Assembly (NCBI GenBank): GCA_963749495.1
Contig: CAVVMW010000014.1
Span: forward strand, 1 to 64,000
Direction: 5' to 3'
Length of the DNA stretch: 64,000 nucleotides
From: an uncultured bacterium
Lineage (GTDB): Bacteria; Verrucomicrobiota; Verrucomicrobiia; Limisphaerales; UBA8199
The notes under the pieces were generated by a model. It had not been told where the DNA came from, searched no databases, and saw only the letters and a program-made list of their open reading frames with translations. The position numbers and the translations under genes were made by a program. Positions 9,853 to 19,905 of this stretch are shown here, in pieces (the first letter of the stretch is position 1; each line of letters opens with the position of its first letter).

Positions 9853-11214
9853 TCAGACCTCAATCCCGTAGGCCTTGATCTTGTTGTAGAGGGTTTGGCG
9901 GCCGATGCCCAGGCGCTTGGCGGTCTCCAGCTTGTTGCCGCCGGTCTCTTTGAGCATCTGGATGATCGCGTTGCGCTCGACGCCTTCGAGGAGGGTGAAA
10001 TTGGTGTCGCCCGTTTCGCCGCCCGCGGAGCGGGTCTCGGAGATGGAGAGGTCGCTGCCATCGATTTCGTTGCCCTCGCAAAGCAGGACGGCGCGCTGGA
10101 TTTCGTTTTGGAGTTGGCGGACGTTGCCGGGCCAGTCGAAGGCGGTCAATCGCTCGACGGCGGAGGGTTTGAAGCCCAGGAGGGTGCGGTTGGCCTGTGC
10201 GGCGAAGCGTTTGAGGAAGGAGTTGGCCAGGGGCATGATGTCCTCCTGGCGTTCGCGCAACGGGGGCAGGTGCATGGAGATGGCGCTGATGCGGTAGAAG
10301 AGGTCCTCGCGGAGCTTGCCTTCCTGGATGGCCTCCTGGGGAATGCGATTGGTGGAGGCGATGATGCGGCAGTTGGTCTTGTAGCTGGACTTGCCGCCGA
10401 CGGGCCGGACCTCCTGGTCCTGGAGGACGCGCAGGAGTTTGCTCTGGGTGTCAACCGGCATCTCGGAGATCTCGTCCAGGAGAAGGGTGCCGCCTTCGGC
10501 CTGGCGAAAGAGGCCCTCGCGGTCGGCATGGGCGCCGGTGAAGGCGCCTCGGACCGAGCCGAAGAGTTCGCTCTCGATGAGTTCGCGGGGCAAGGCCGCG
10601 CAATTGACCTTGATGATCTGGCCCTTGCTGCGGGGGCTCAGAGCGTGGAGCAGGTCGGCGATGACCTCTTTGCCGGTGCCGCTCTCGCCGGTGATAAGGA
10701 CGGTGACGTCGCTGGGGGCGATGCGGTCAATCTTGCGGACCACCTCGCGCATGGCGGCGCTCTGGAAGATGGGCGAGGGGGTGCCGCTCATGGTCTCCAG
10801 GGCGCGGCGCAGCGTGCTGGCCTCTTCGTTCTGGCGCTTGTGCTCGATAGCGTTCTGGACGTCGGCCAGGAGCTTCTCGCCATCGAACTGGAAGTTCTTG
10901 CGAATGAAATTGAAGGCGCCGCGTTTGATGGCCTCGACGGCCCAGGAGACGGCCTCGTTGTCGCTGGGGGCGCCGGTCAGGACGATCACCTGGGTATCGG
11001 CCCAGTGTTTTTTGAGTTGCGGGAGCAGTTCCAGGCCGTCGGCATCCGGCAGCTTGACATCCAGCAGCACCAGGTCGGGCTGGCCCTGGGCGAAGGCCCT
11101 CTGGAGCGCCGCGCCGCTGTCGGCCGTCGAGACCTGGTAATCCCCTTCCAGCAACGCCGTCAGGACGGTGCGCTGGTCTGGGTCGTCATCAACAATCAGG
11201 ACTTTGCCCTTCAT
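9853..11214 (-). CDS. Sigma54-dependent response regulator (NtrC family: REC, AAA+, Fis HTH)
   Basis: VLIVDDD/LLD receiver, GESGTGKE, GAFTGA, LDEI, WPGNVRQL and LGIGRQTLYNK. Confidence 0.96.
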   Translation of the reverse strand: MKGKVLIVDDDPDQRTVLTALLEGDYQVSTADSGAALQRAFAQGQPDLVLLDVKLPDADGLELLPQLKKHWADTQVIVLTGAPSDNEAVSWAVEAIKRGAFNFIRKNFQFDGEKLLADVQNAIEHKRQNEEASTLRRALETMSGTPSPIFQSAAMREVVRKIDRIAPSDVTVLITGESGTGKEVIADLLHALSPRSKGQIIKVNCAALPRELIESELFGSVRGAFTGAHADREGLFRQAEGGTLLLDEISEMPVDTQSKLLRVLQDQEVRPVGGKSSYKTNCRIIASTNRIPQEAIQEGKLREDLFYRISAISMHLPPLRERQEDIMPLANSFLKRFAAQANRTLLGFKPSAVERLTAFDWPGNVRQLQNEIQRAVLLCEGNEIDGSDLSISETRSAGGETGDTNFTLLEGVERNAIIQMLKETGGNKLETAKRLGIGRQTLYNKIKAYGIEV

Positions 11215-11987
11215 AAAAGCTTTTGGCGGTTCAACTCACAGGCCCGGATAAACGCGCGGAACAGCGCCCGGTGCTCGGCATAGCGGTCCGCCAGGCGTTC
11301 CGGGTGAAATTGCACGCTCAACAGGAATGGCAGGCACTGCGCGGCGCCGGGCTTCAGTTCGAGCCCTTCCACCACCCCGTCATCGCTGGCCGCAGCCACT
11401 CTGAGCGGCGCGGCGACCCGCGCGACGGCCTGGTGGTGCGTGCTGTTGACACCCAGGCTCACCACACCCGTTATCCTGGCCAGCAACGAACCCGGTGTCA
11501 ATCGCACTTTATGGACCACCTCACGAGGGCGATCCATCCGGCGATGGTTCATGGCCCGGCGTAGTTGCGCCGCAATGTCCACCATCAGCGTGCCGCCCAG
11601 GGCCACGTTGAGGATCTGCTGGCCCCGGCAAATCGCCATCAGCGGCTTGCGTTGGCGGAAGACCTGGTCGATCAAGAGCATCTCGCGCAAGTCCCGCCGC
11701 CCACCGTCCGGGCTGACGGTCACGGCCTTGCGCAGGCGGGCGCTCAATCGCCGGGTGTGCAGGCGCGGGTCCACGTCCTCACCCCCGGTCAGCAGCACCC
11801 CGTCGCTCCGCCCGACACAATCGCCCAGGGTTTCAGCGGCCGTGCTCGGCGGCAGGAGCATGGGCAAGCCGCCGGCCGCCTCCACTGCCTCCGGGTAAGC
11901 CGTCGAGAGCCCAGCGGACAGATCGCCGAACTCCGACCCCTTCCGGTCCACGGTCGGCGCGATCAAAATCAGCGGCGCTTTGCCCAT
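11211..11987 (-). CDS. Gamma-glutamyl-GABA hydrolase family protein (peptidase C26, PuuD-like)
   Basis: LLTGGEDV, AICRGQQILNVALGG, NSTHHQA and VQFHPE; 4-bp overlap with the regulator. Confidence 0.92.
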   Translation of the reverse strand: MGKAPLILIAPTVDRKGSEFGDLSAGLSTAYPEAVEAAGGLPMLLPPSTAAETLGDCVGRSDGVLLTGGEDVDPRLHTRRLSARLRKAVTVSPDGGRRDLREMLLIDQVFRQRKPLMAICRGQQILNVALGGTLMVDIAAQLRRAMNHRRMDRPREVVHKVRLTPGSLLARITGVVSLGVNSTHHQAVARVAAPLRVAAASDDGVVEGLELKPGAAQCLPFLLSVQFHPERLADRYAEHRALFRAFIRACELNRQKLL

Positions 11988-12039
11988 AGCCCCTAGACTC
12001 TAAGGCAACCGCGGGCGATCTGTCAGCGAAAAAAAGCCG

Positions 12040-12315
12040 TCAGGCCACTTCGGCCTCGGGAAAGCGTTCGCGGATGGAAGTCCTGACACGGTCCTCCTCC
12101 TTGGGCGAGAGGCGGCGGCGGCTGATGCGGCGTTGGACGCCATTCAGGAGTTCGAGCCAATCTTCCAAGGGCGGTTCGCCCATGGCCTGCCATTGGTCGA
12201 AGCGGCGCTGGCGCACGAAGAAGCGCCATTCCCGTCCGACGTGCCGGGCATAGACCTGGACGCGGAGGCCTTCCCCGGTGACGCGTCTCCAACTGATTTC
12301 AGCCTTCGCGGCCAT
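12040..12315 (-). CDS. Hypothetical protein
   Basis: Directly downstream of ispF on the same strand; Trp/Arg-rich, protein-like composition. Confidence 0.65.
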   Translation of the reverse strand: MAAKAEISWRRVTGEGLRVQVYARHVGREWRFFVRQRRFDQWQAMGEPPLEDWLELLNGVQRRISRRRLSPKEEDRVRTSIRERFPEAEVA

Positions 12316-12330
12316 GGGCGTCAGTCTCAA

Positions 12331-12831
12331 TCATCTCCTGCGCGCACTCGGGGCGCGCGGCAAGTCCACGCTCGCCACGGCCATGGCGGCGATGCCCTCC
12401 TCACGGCCGATGAACCCCAGGTGTTCGTTGGTGGTGGCCTTGATGCCAACCTGCTCGGGCTTGATGCGCAGGGCGGCGGCGATGTTGGCCTTCATCTGCG
12501 GGATATGAGGCAGGAGCCTCGGCTGCTGCGCGATGAGCGTGGCATCCAGGTTGACGATCCTGCCCCGGCGCGACTCCGTCAACCGGGCGGCCTCCTCCAG
12601 AAAGAGCCGGCTGGGCGCGCCGCGCCAGCGGGGGTCCGTGTTGGGGAAGAAGTGCCCGATATCGGCCTGCCCGAGCGCGCCCAGGATGGCATCGCACAGA
12701 GCGTGCATCAACACGTCGGCATCGGAGTGCCCATCCAATCCCTTGCTGTGGGCGATTTCCACGCCGCCCAGGATGAGCCTGCGGCCCTCGACCAGGGCGT
12801 GAACGTCGTAACCGACACCAACATGAACCAT
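12331..12831 (-). CDS. ispF: 2-C-methyl-D-erythritol 2,4-cyclodiphosphate synthase
   Basis: GYDVH, GHSDADV, DIGHFFP and KATTNE. Confidence 0.97.
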   Translation of the reverse strand: MVHVGVGYDVHALVEGRRLILGGVEIAHSKGLDGHSDADVLMHALCDAILGALGQADIGHFFPNTDPRWRGAPSRLFLEEAARLTESRRGRIVNLDATLIAQQPRLLPHIPQMKANIAAALRIKPEQVGIKATTNEHLGFIGREEGIAAMAVASVDLPRAPSARRR

Positions 12832-12917
12832 GCGGGCACTATAGGGTTGGGCGCAGCGCGCCCGCAATCGAAATCAGGATTAGACGTGGCGCCTGCTTTG
12901 CGGTATGTACGGCAGCC

Positions 12918-13700
12918 ATGGATACCGTGAAACGATCCCTGGGGCTGGCGCTGGTTTTGGGGCTGGCGGCCGCCGGCTGCAGCCACTCGCCCGACAAGAA
13001 CCGACTCGGCCTGATTCCGCCGCCGCCGCCGCCTTTCCTGCACGGCCCGATGGCGCTGCTCCTGACCAATGCCCCCGGGTTTTCCTGTTATGTCGTCATG
13101 ACCGCCGGTTCACCGCCCAACCCGCACGAGACGCTCTCGGGCCAGCTCCTGGTCCGCGACTCCCGCCTCTTGTTTGCCCCGGACCCCAAAGCCCCAGCCG
13201 CCAAGCATTTCGCCCGCGGCGGCTTCGGTTTCATCTGGGACGCGGCGCAGAACCAGGGCTGCCTGTTGAGCGAGGCGCTCCAGGGCTATGCCCCGGTCTC
13301 CTCGCGCACCCGGGTCACCAATCTCCTGGTCCGGCCTGCCGGCCCCGCCCTGGAAACGGTCCAGGGCCATCCCTGCAAGAGGGTTGAAATCGAGACGGCC
13401 TCCGACGATGGCTCCAGCGCCCAGTTCCGGGTCTGGCGCGCGACCGATCTCAAGGGCCTGCCGGTCCGCATCGTCACCGCCGCGACCAGGCGGCCGCTGA
13501 CCCTCGTTTGCTCCAGCTTCAGACTCCAGGCCCCCGCAAGCCGGTTGTTCGCGCCGCCCGACGGCTTCGCGCGCCATGAGAGCGCCGAAGCCATGATGGC
13601 CGAGATGGCCATGCGCCAGGAGAACCTCAAACGCAAACCGACCGAGGAGACCCCCGATTTCAAAGCCCAAACCTCGCCGGGGGGCGTCAGTCCGAGGTAA
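12918..13700 (+). CDS. Putative lipoprotein (DUF4412-like)
   Basis: Lipobox LAAAGC; ETVQGHPC, VWRATDLKGLPVRI and LFAPPDGF. Confidence 0.7.
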   Translation: MDTVKRSLGLALVLGLAAAGCSHSPDKNRLGLIPPPPPPFLHGPMALLLTNAPGFSCYVVMTAGSPPNPHETLSGQLLVRDSRLLFAPDPKAPAAKHFARGGFGFIWDAAQNQGCLLSEALQGYAPVSSRTRVTNLLVRPAGPALETVQGHPCKRVEIETASDDGSSAQFRVWRATDLKGLPVRIVTAATRRPLTLVCSSFRLQAPASRLFAPPDGFARHESAEAMMAEMAMRQENLKRKPTEETPDFKAQTSPGGVSPR

Positions 13701-13705
13701 TACAT

Positions 13706-13832
13706 GAGGGACGAGGGTCGAGGGTCGAGGGCGACAAGCGCAAGAGGTCGCGACGGAGGAATAAGATCGCCGCAAGAAGATCGCTCCGATGTGCGCTTGC
13801 CGTCCGCCACTCGACCCTCGACCCTCGACCTT
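13706..13832. repeat. Inverted heptamer arms (CGAGGGT)n / (ACCCTCG)n
   Basis: Seen directly between convergent genes. Confidence 0.8.
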
Positions 13833-13883
13833 CATGTCGGGTTACTCTTGAACTGAGGTCTAATTCCGCCACCGGTTCCGAAT

Positions 13884-14902
13884 TCACAGCGGCCAACTGG
13901 GGAGGATCTCGGCTGCGAACGGAGTCTGGGGCGCGCCGCGCATCAACTTGCGCTCGGCCACGATGCCGATCATGGCCGCGTTGTCGGTGCAAAGGCCCTG
14001 TTGCGCCAGACGCAGTCTGAGGCCCTGGCTGGCGCAAGCGGCGGCCAGCGCCTGCCGGAGGGCGCGGTTGCAGGTGACGCCGCCCGAGGCGGTGACGCAT
14101 CCAAGGCGGAGCCGGCGGGCAGCGCGGATGGTCTTGGCCACCAGGACCTCCACGATGGCCGCCTGGACGCTGGCGGCCAGGTCGCGCAGGCCCTGCGGGT
14201 CGTCGCCGGCCCCGGGATGGTCCCGCAAGAAATAGCGCACGGATGTCTTGAGGCCGCTGAAGCTGAAATCGTCATGCGCCTCGTTGAGCATCGGCCTTGG
14301 AAACCTGAATGCGGCCGGGTTTCCCTGCTCCGCCAGGCGGTCGATCTCGGCCCGGCCGGATAGGCCAGCCCAAGGAGCTTGCCCACCTTGTCGAAACACT
14401 CGCCCGCGGCATCGTCCACAGTCGAGCCCAGCAGCCGGTGCTCGGATTCGCTCTGGACGCACACCAGCATCGTGTGGCCGCCGCTGACGATGAGAGCCAG
14501 GTTCGGCTCGAACTGCGAAAAGTCCGCGGCGGGCGGGCAGCCCGCAATCCAGGGCGAATAGAGATGGGCCTCGTGGTGGTGAACGCCGAAGAACGGCCGC
14601 CTCAGGGCAAACGCGACGGCTTGAGCGGCCTTGAAGCCCACCAGCAAGGCGCTGGGCAGGCCCGGGCCCTGGGTGGCCGCCACGGCATCGAGCCGGGTGG
14701 CGCTCACCCGGGCCTCCGACAGAGCGGTGCGCGCCACCGGCAACAGGTTCCGCAGGTGCTCGCGCGCCGCCAACTCCGGCACCACGCCCCCATATTGGGC
14801 GTGCAGCGCGACCTGGGAAGAAACGATGTTGGCCAGGACCCGCCCCTGCTCGACCAGGGCGGCGCTGGTCTCGTCACAGGAAGTCTCGATGGCTAAGAGC
14901 AT
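13884..14902 (-). CDS. tsaD: tRNA threonylcarbamoyladenosine transferase TsaD, -1 frameshift near 14350 (probable sequencing indel)
   Basis: LAIETSCDET, GGVVPELAAREH, HHHEAH, VSGGHT and DDAAGECFDK are in one frame; FSFSGLKT, SGGV and CTDNAAMI are in the next. One extra G restores YPAGPEIDRLA. Confidence 0.95.
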
Positions 14903-14948
14903 GGCGCCGCAAATTACGAGGAGCCTTCGAGCAGTCCGGGCCGCCGGG

Positions 14949-16256
14949 CTAATTCCTGCTCTGTGCGACGCGCTGCTCGGTGCCCCGAGGCAGATGGGCG
15001 AAGAGGGTGATGCCTTTGAGCAGGTCCACGGCGCGGTCCAGTTGAATGTCGCGAATGGCCAGGGCGCGCAGGCGGTCTTTCTCATCCAGGCTCTCCGGCC
15101 CGCTGGGGGTGCGCTGGACCAGGGCGGCCTGGGCCTCTTCGAGGGTCACGGGGACGGTGATGTCGGGCGTAATGCCCACCTCATGGATGACCTTGTGGCT
15201 GGGGGTATAGTATTTGGCGGTGGTCAGGCGCAGGGCGGAGCCGTCCTGGAGGGGAAGGATGCTCTGCACGGAGCCCTTGCCGAAGGTCCTTTCGCCAAGG
15301 ATGACGGCGCGCTTGAGATCCTGGAGGCAGCCGGCGACGATCTCGGAGGCGCTGGCGCTGCCCAGGTTGACCAGGACGACGACGGGCATGCCGCTGAGTT
15401 CATCGTGCCCGAGTGCCTCGCGCCTGGAGTCCTGGCTGGGGCTGCGCCCCTCGGTAGTCACCACCAACTGGCGCTTGGGCAGGAATTTGGAGCAGACATC
15501 CACCGCCTGGTCGAGCAGGCCGCCCGGGTTCCAACGCAGGTCCAGCACCAGCCCTTGCATGCCCTGGCGCTTGAGCTTGCTCAGGGCCGCTTCGAGATCG
15601 TCGCTGGTCTTTTCACCAAACTGGATGAGGCGAACATAGCCGATCTTGTCCTCGCCCAGCTTGAATTCCTTTCGCCCGTTGATGTCGGTGACCATATCGA
15701 CGTTGATCATGGCGCGGGTCAGCTTGAACTCCTTGGTCTCGTGCGAGGCGGGGCGGAAGACGGTGAGGCGGACGTCGGTGTTGGGTTCGCCGCGCAGGTC
15801 CCGGATGGCGTCATCGATGCTCATCTTCTCGGTGCTCTTGCCGTTGATCTTGACGATGCGGTCGCCCGAGAGGATGCCGGCCCTCCAGGCCGGGGTGTTG
15901 GTCATGGGGACGACCACGGTGATGAAATTGTCTTTGTAGTTAACGCTGATGCCCAGCCCCCCGAAGGCGCCCTGGGTATCGTTCTGCAGTTCCCGGTATT
16001 TCTCGGGGTCCATGAACTCGCTGTGGGGATCCAGGGTGCCGAGCATGCCCTTGAGGGCGCCATAGACCAGTTCCTGGTAGGTGAGTTTTTGGCCATCAAC
16101 GTAGTCCTTGCGCACCTTCTCCATGACAAACGAGAAGAGCTCGAGGCTGGAGTACACGGTGTCCTTCTCGGCCGCCTTGAGATACAATCTGGCGCCAACC
16201 AGGAAGTTGGCGCAAAGCACCAGGGCCAGGACCCCGTAGATCACACGTCGTTTCAT
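14949..16256 (-). CDS. ctpA: S41 family C-terminal processing peptidase (CtpA/Prc-like) with PDZ domain
   Basis: LDPHS, GGLGI, DLRWNPGGLL, SASASEIVAG and TFGKGSVQ. Confidence 0.93.
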   Translation of the reverse strand: MKRRVIYGVLALVLCANFLVGARLYLKAAEKDTVYSSLELFSFVMEKVRKDYVDGQKLTYQELVYGALKGMLGTLDPHSEFMDPEKYRELQNDTQGAFGGLGISVNYKDNFITVVVPMTNTPAWRAGILSGDRIVKINGKSTEKMSIDDAIRDLRGEPNTDVRLTVFRPASHETKEFKLTRAMINVDMVTDINGRKEFKLGEDKIGYVRLIQFGEKTSDDLEAALSKLKRQGMQGLVLDLRWNPGGLLDQAVDVCSKFLPKRQLVVTTEGRSPSQDSRREALGHDELSGMPVVVLVNLGSASASEIVAGCLQDLKRAVILGERTFGKGSVQSILPLQDGSALRLTTAKYYTPSHKVIHEVGITPDITVPVTLEEAQAALVQRTPSGPESLDEKDRLRALAIRDIQLDRAVDLLKGITLFAHLPRGTEQRVAQSRN

Positions 16257-16385
16257 ATTCATTCGTTACGCCGCACACAATAACGGGCCAGAGGCGAGTT
16301 TGCAAGTGAATGGCCCCTGCGGCTCGACGCATTTGGCCGGTGCCACCAAGGCATGAACGGCCAGGCCCAACGCTGGGATGCCTGA

Positions 16386-16585
16386 TCCATCCCGAAGGGA
16401 TCGGAATCACTCAGCCCAGGGTTGCGCGCAACGCGCTACCCTGGGTCACGCGCGCTCTGATCACCTACCCCGAAAGGGGTTGTATCCTTGCTGAAACCCT
16501 TTCAGGGTGTTCCGCGCCGCCGACCTGACCCAGGGTAGCGCGTTCCGCGCAACCCTGGGCTGAGTGATCATAAGCCCTTCGGGCT
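16386..16585. repeat. REP cluster, family C (CCCGAAGGG and CCCAGGGTTGCGCG-n-CGCGCTACCCTGGG), inverted pair
   Basis: Mirror-image palindromic units seen directly. Confidence 0.8.
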
Positions 16586-16652
16586 ATTGAACTGTGACCC
16601 GCGATTGTCTCTCCCGTGGTGGTACCCGCCAGATGCGCCCGTGGTGTGGGTT

Positions 16653-16730
16653 TCGCAGCCTTTGTCGCAGCCTTTGTCGAGGGAGAATGGCCAATCCGAC
16701 AAAGGCTGCGACAAAGGCTGCGACAAAGGT
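16653..16730. repeat. Inverted 12-mer array (CCTTTGTCGCAG)n / (CGACAAAGGCTG)n; also at 18170-18250 and 25106-25222
   Basis: Seen directly at three gene 3' ends. Confidence 0.85.
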
Positions 16731-16745
16731 GTCCTTCAGCCGGGC

Positions 16746-18083
16746 TCAGGGTGCGCTCTGCACGCGGTAGAGGTGGGTCTTGGTCCGCAGGTAAAGGGCA
16801 TTGCCCGCTGCCGCCGGGGAGGCCATGAAGCCGCCGGCCAGCGAGTTGGCCGCCAGGGGCTCGAAGCTCCGGCCGGGCCTCAGGACGGTTGTCTTGCCTT
16901 GTTGATTGAACCAGTAGAGCCGTCCGTCAGCGTAGATGGGCGAAGCGGCATAATTGCCCGGGATGCGCGAGCGCCAGACCTGCGCGCCGGTCGCCGACTC
17001 CAGGCACGTGAGCAGGCCCTCGTCGCTCACCATGTAAATGAGGCCGTCCACCAGGATGGGCGAGGCGGTCTTGGGGACCATCGAGCCGAACCGCCAGGCA
17101 ACGTGGGTATCGGTGACGTCGCCCTGGCCATCGACGCGGATGGCCAGCAACTCGGTCTTGCCGCCGAAGCCCGTAATGATGAAGGCCAGGCCCTGGTCGT
17201 AGAGCGGGCAGGGCGCGGCCGACCAGGCGTCATAACGCACCCGCCACACCTCGCGTCCGGTGCGGGGGTCATAACCGTAGGCGGCTTTGGCGCCGACGCT
17301 CAAGAGTAGGGGCTTGCCGCCGGCGTTGACGAGCAGCGGCGTGCTGTGCGCCTTGCGCAGGTCGCCGTCCCGGGCCATCTGCCCGGGAACATTTTCGTCG
17401 TTCCAAGCCACCGAACGGTCGGTCTTCCACACGGTTTGGCCGGTCTTCTTGTCCAGGGCAACCAGGTACTGGACGTCAACCCCGTCCAGAGTCAGGATCA
17501 ACAGGTCCTCGAAGAGGACCGGTGAGGAGGCAGGCCCCCGGTAATGGCGGCAGCGCAGGTCCTCACGCTTCCAGAGCACCTTGAAATCGCCCGTGCCCAG
17601 GCACGCCGTGCCGTAACTGCCAAAGTGCACATACACCCGCCCCGCCTCGATCACCGGCGATGGCGTCGCGTAACCGTTCACATTGTTGCCCAAGGGCTCA
17701 GGCCGCTCACAGTGAAAGAGCCGCTCGTTATAGCGGACCTCTCCGGTCTCGGCGTCCACGCAGATCGCGAAGAAGTCGTGGCCCTCGGGCGTGGCCGTGG
17801 TGAGCCAGGCCTGGCCGCCCATGACCACGGGCGTGGACCAGCCGCGATAAGGGATTTCGGTCTTCCATTTGACGTTTTCCGTCTCGCTCCAACTCAGCGG
17901 AAAGCCCAGGATGGCGCTGTCGGCCGGGGCCGAGACGTGCCCGTCCCCCCAAGGCCCGCGGAACTGCGGCCATTGGACCGCCGCTGCACGGACCTGGAGG
18001 GCGCAGGTTAGCAACAGCAAGGGCAGCGCCCCAAGCCGCCGCAGGTGGCAACGGCGGTTCGTCTCAGCAGTCTCAAATATCAT
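16746..18083 (-). CDS. PQQ-like beta-propeller repeat protein (BamB family), exported
   Basis: Signal peptide, WPQFRGP, WSETENVKWK, repeated ASP/STP and TGxxxW blades. Start approximate. Confidence 0.88.
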   Translation of the reverse strand: MIFETAETNRRCHLRRLGALPLLLLTCALQVRAAAVQWPQFRGPWGDGHVSAPADSAILGFPLSWSETENVKWKTEIPYRGWSTPVVMGGQAWLTTATPEGHDFFAICVDAETGEVRYNERLFHCERPEPLGNNVNGYATPSPVIEAGRVYVHFGSYGTACLGTGDFKVLWKREDLRCRHYRGPASSPVLFEDLLILTLDGVDVQYLVALDKKTGQTVWKTDRSVAWNDENVPGQMARDGDLRKAHSTPLLVNAGGKPLLLSVGAKAAYGYDPRTGREVWRVRYDAWSAAPCPLYDQGLAFIITGFGGKTELLAIRVDGQGDVTDTHVAWRFGSMVPKTASPILVDGLIYMVSDEGLLTCLESATGAQVWRSRIPGNYAASPIYADGRLYWFNQQGKTTVLRPGRSFEPLAANSLAGGFMASPAAAGNALYLRTKTHLYRVQSAP

Positions 18084-18259
18084 CGGGCGAAGATAGCCGA
18101 GTCGGTTGCGCAAGTCACGCGCAGCGCTAAATCGGAACAACCAGCAGTGGCACACTCATGCGGCTTTTGGACCTTCGTCGCGGCCTTTGTCGCGGCCTTT
18201 GTCGAATGCGCCATTTCTCGACAAAGGAAGCGACAAAGGCTGCGACAAAGACACTAAAG

Positions 18260-19033
18260 TCATCCAACGTCCAGTGCGGCAGGCCGCAACGGCGGGAAGA
18301 GGCGGCAGGGGAGCAGGCCCCAGCGGGCCAGGCGAAAGCGCAAGGCGGTCCGGAGGCAGCCCAGGCCGTAGAGGATGCTGCGCCGGAGGTTGATCGACGA
18401 GGCCTCCGCGAAATACTTGGTGGGGCAACTCACCTCGGCAATGGTGAAGCCGTGCCAAAGGATCTGCGCCAGCATCTGGTTGTCGAAGACGAAATCGTCC
18501 GAGTTGCCGGCCAGGTCCAGCCGCTGAAGGATCTCCTTGGAGAAGGCGCGGTAGCCGGTGTGGTACTCGGAGAGCTTGGCCCCCAGCAGGAGGTTCTCGA
18601 TGAAGGTCAGCCAGCGATTGGAGATGTACCTCCAGAGCGGCATGCCGCCCTCCAGGGCGTAGCCGCCCAGAATGCGGCTGCCCAACACGCACGGGTGGAG
18701 CCCGCTGCCGATTATGGCCGCCATCGCCGGAATCAACTTGGGGGTGTACTGATAGTCGGCATGGATCATGATGACGATGTCCGCCCCCGCCTCAATCGCC
18801 AAACGGTAGCAAGTCTTCTGGTTGGCCCCGTAGCCCCGGTTCGCCTCGTGTACATGCACCTGTATCCCCTCCAGGCCCTTGGCCACGGACACCGTCTCGT
18901 CCCGGCTGCGGTCGTCCACAAGGATAATCGCATCCACACACTGCTCTTCACGCACCTCGCTGTAGGTCTTGCGAAGCGTGCGCGCCGCGTTATAGGCCGG
19001 CATCACGACGACGACCTTTTTGTCTCGATACAT
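18260..19033 (-). CDS. Glycosyltransferase family 2 (DPM1-like)
   Basis: VVMPAYNA, LVDDRSRD, NRGYGANQK, HADYQY and EYHTGYRAF. Confidence 0.93.
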   Translation of the reverse strand: MYRDKKVVVVMPAYNAARTLRKTYSEVREEQCVDAIILVDDRSRDETVSVAKGLEGIQVHVHEANRGYGANQKTCYRLAIEAGADIVIMIHADYQYTPKLIPAMAAIIGSGLHPCVLGSRILGGYALEGGMPLWRYISNRWLTFIENLLLGAKLSEYHTGYRAFSKEILQRLDLAGNSDDFVFDNQMLAQILWHGFTIAEVSCPTKYFAEASSINLRRSILYGLGCLRTALRFRLARWGLLPCRLFPPLRPAALDVG

Positions 19034-19109
19034 GCCGGGCCAAGGATAGCGAAACGGGGCGTCCCGGGGCAATCCGGAGGTTTGCGGCCGGAGACCCGTC
19101 TGCTCCGAG

Positions 19110-19845
19110 CTGTCGCGTAGCGACACCTGAAGGTAGTGGACCTCGGTCCTTGTCTTTACCCACATCGTTGGGTGCCCTCATGAAGCGGATCTGATGGGCG
19201 TCACGGATTTCCGAAGCACATTTCTCATCCCGGAGGGATGGCAGAAGGTAGCCGGGGGTCGAAGCGTAGCGAGACCCCCGGTGCCGCGACGGCAAGGGAT
19301 TGCATCCCGGAGGGATGCCAGAAGGCGCCCGCCGCCAACGTGTGCTCTTCTGGCACCCCGCCGGGGTGCAGGGCCACCGACGCCCTCAACCGGGGGTCGC
19401 CGCTGGACGGCGACCCCCGACTACCTTCTGCCAACCCTCCGGGTTGGCCGGGCGTTGCCGCCGGCTGGTATCAAGGGCGCCTTTGGCGGCTAAAACCGGC
19501 CTGCTCCTCAGGCATTTCTCCCGCCTGCTCAAAAGGGGAACTGATATGACCGCTCAGGAGATGTGGGTAAAGACAAGGACTGAAGTCCACGCTTTGGGGA
19601 GTGGGAATGGTCGCGCGTCGCGCAACGACGCCTGAGAGCAGGGTGCGAGCCGGCAGTCCGGAGGCATCAGGCGTCGCTACGCGACGCTGGCCCTTGCCCA
19701 CGCACCAACCCGTGGACTGGAAGTCCACGGCTACCATCGGGCACCGCTACGCGGTGAGACGGAAGCGCCGTCCAAAGGCAGCCGTCGCCGCTACGCCCGG
19801 GGACGGGCGCACTCCAGGGGCAGTGCCGCGAGCGCCCCAGGACCC
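19110..19845. repeat. Composite REP mosaic (families A and B); a 21-bp perfect inverted repeat brackets 19146-19580
   Basis: GTCCTTGTCTTTACCCACATC at 19146-19166 and its complement at 19560-19580. Family B units: ATCCCGGAGGGAT, CCGGGGGTC-n-GACCCCCGG, GCACCCCGCCGGGGTGC. Confidence 0.88.
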
Positions 19846-19905
19846 AAGGCCCGCCATGTGAGAGCTCGGGCTGGAGCGGAGCGTCGTTCCCGCACCGTCC
19901 CAGGC

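Noticed and set aside
18990..19861. Short ORFs across REP and heptamer regions (also 1027-1350, 23999-24181, 44183-44863)
   Set aside because: These are translations of repeats.
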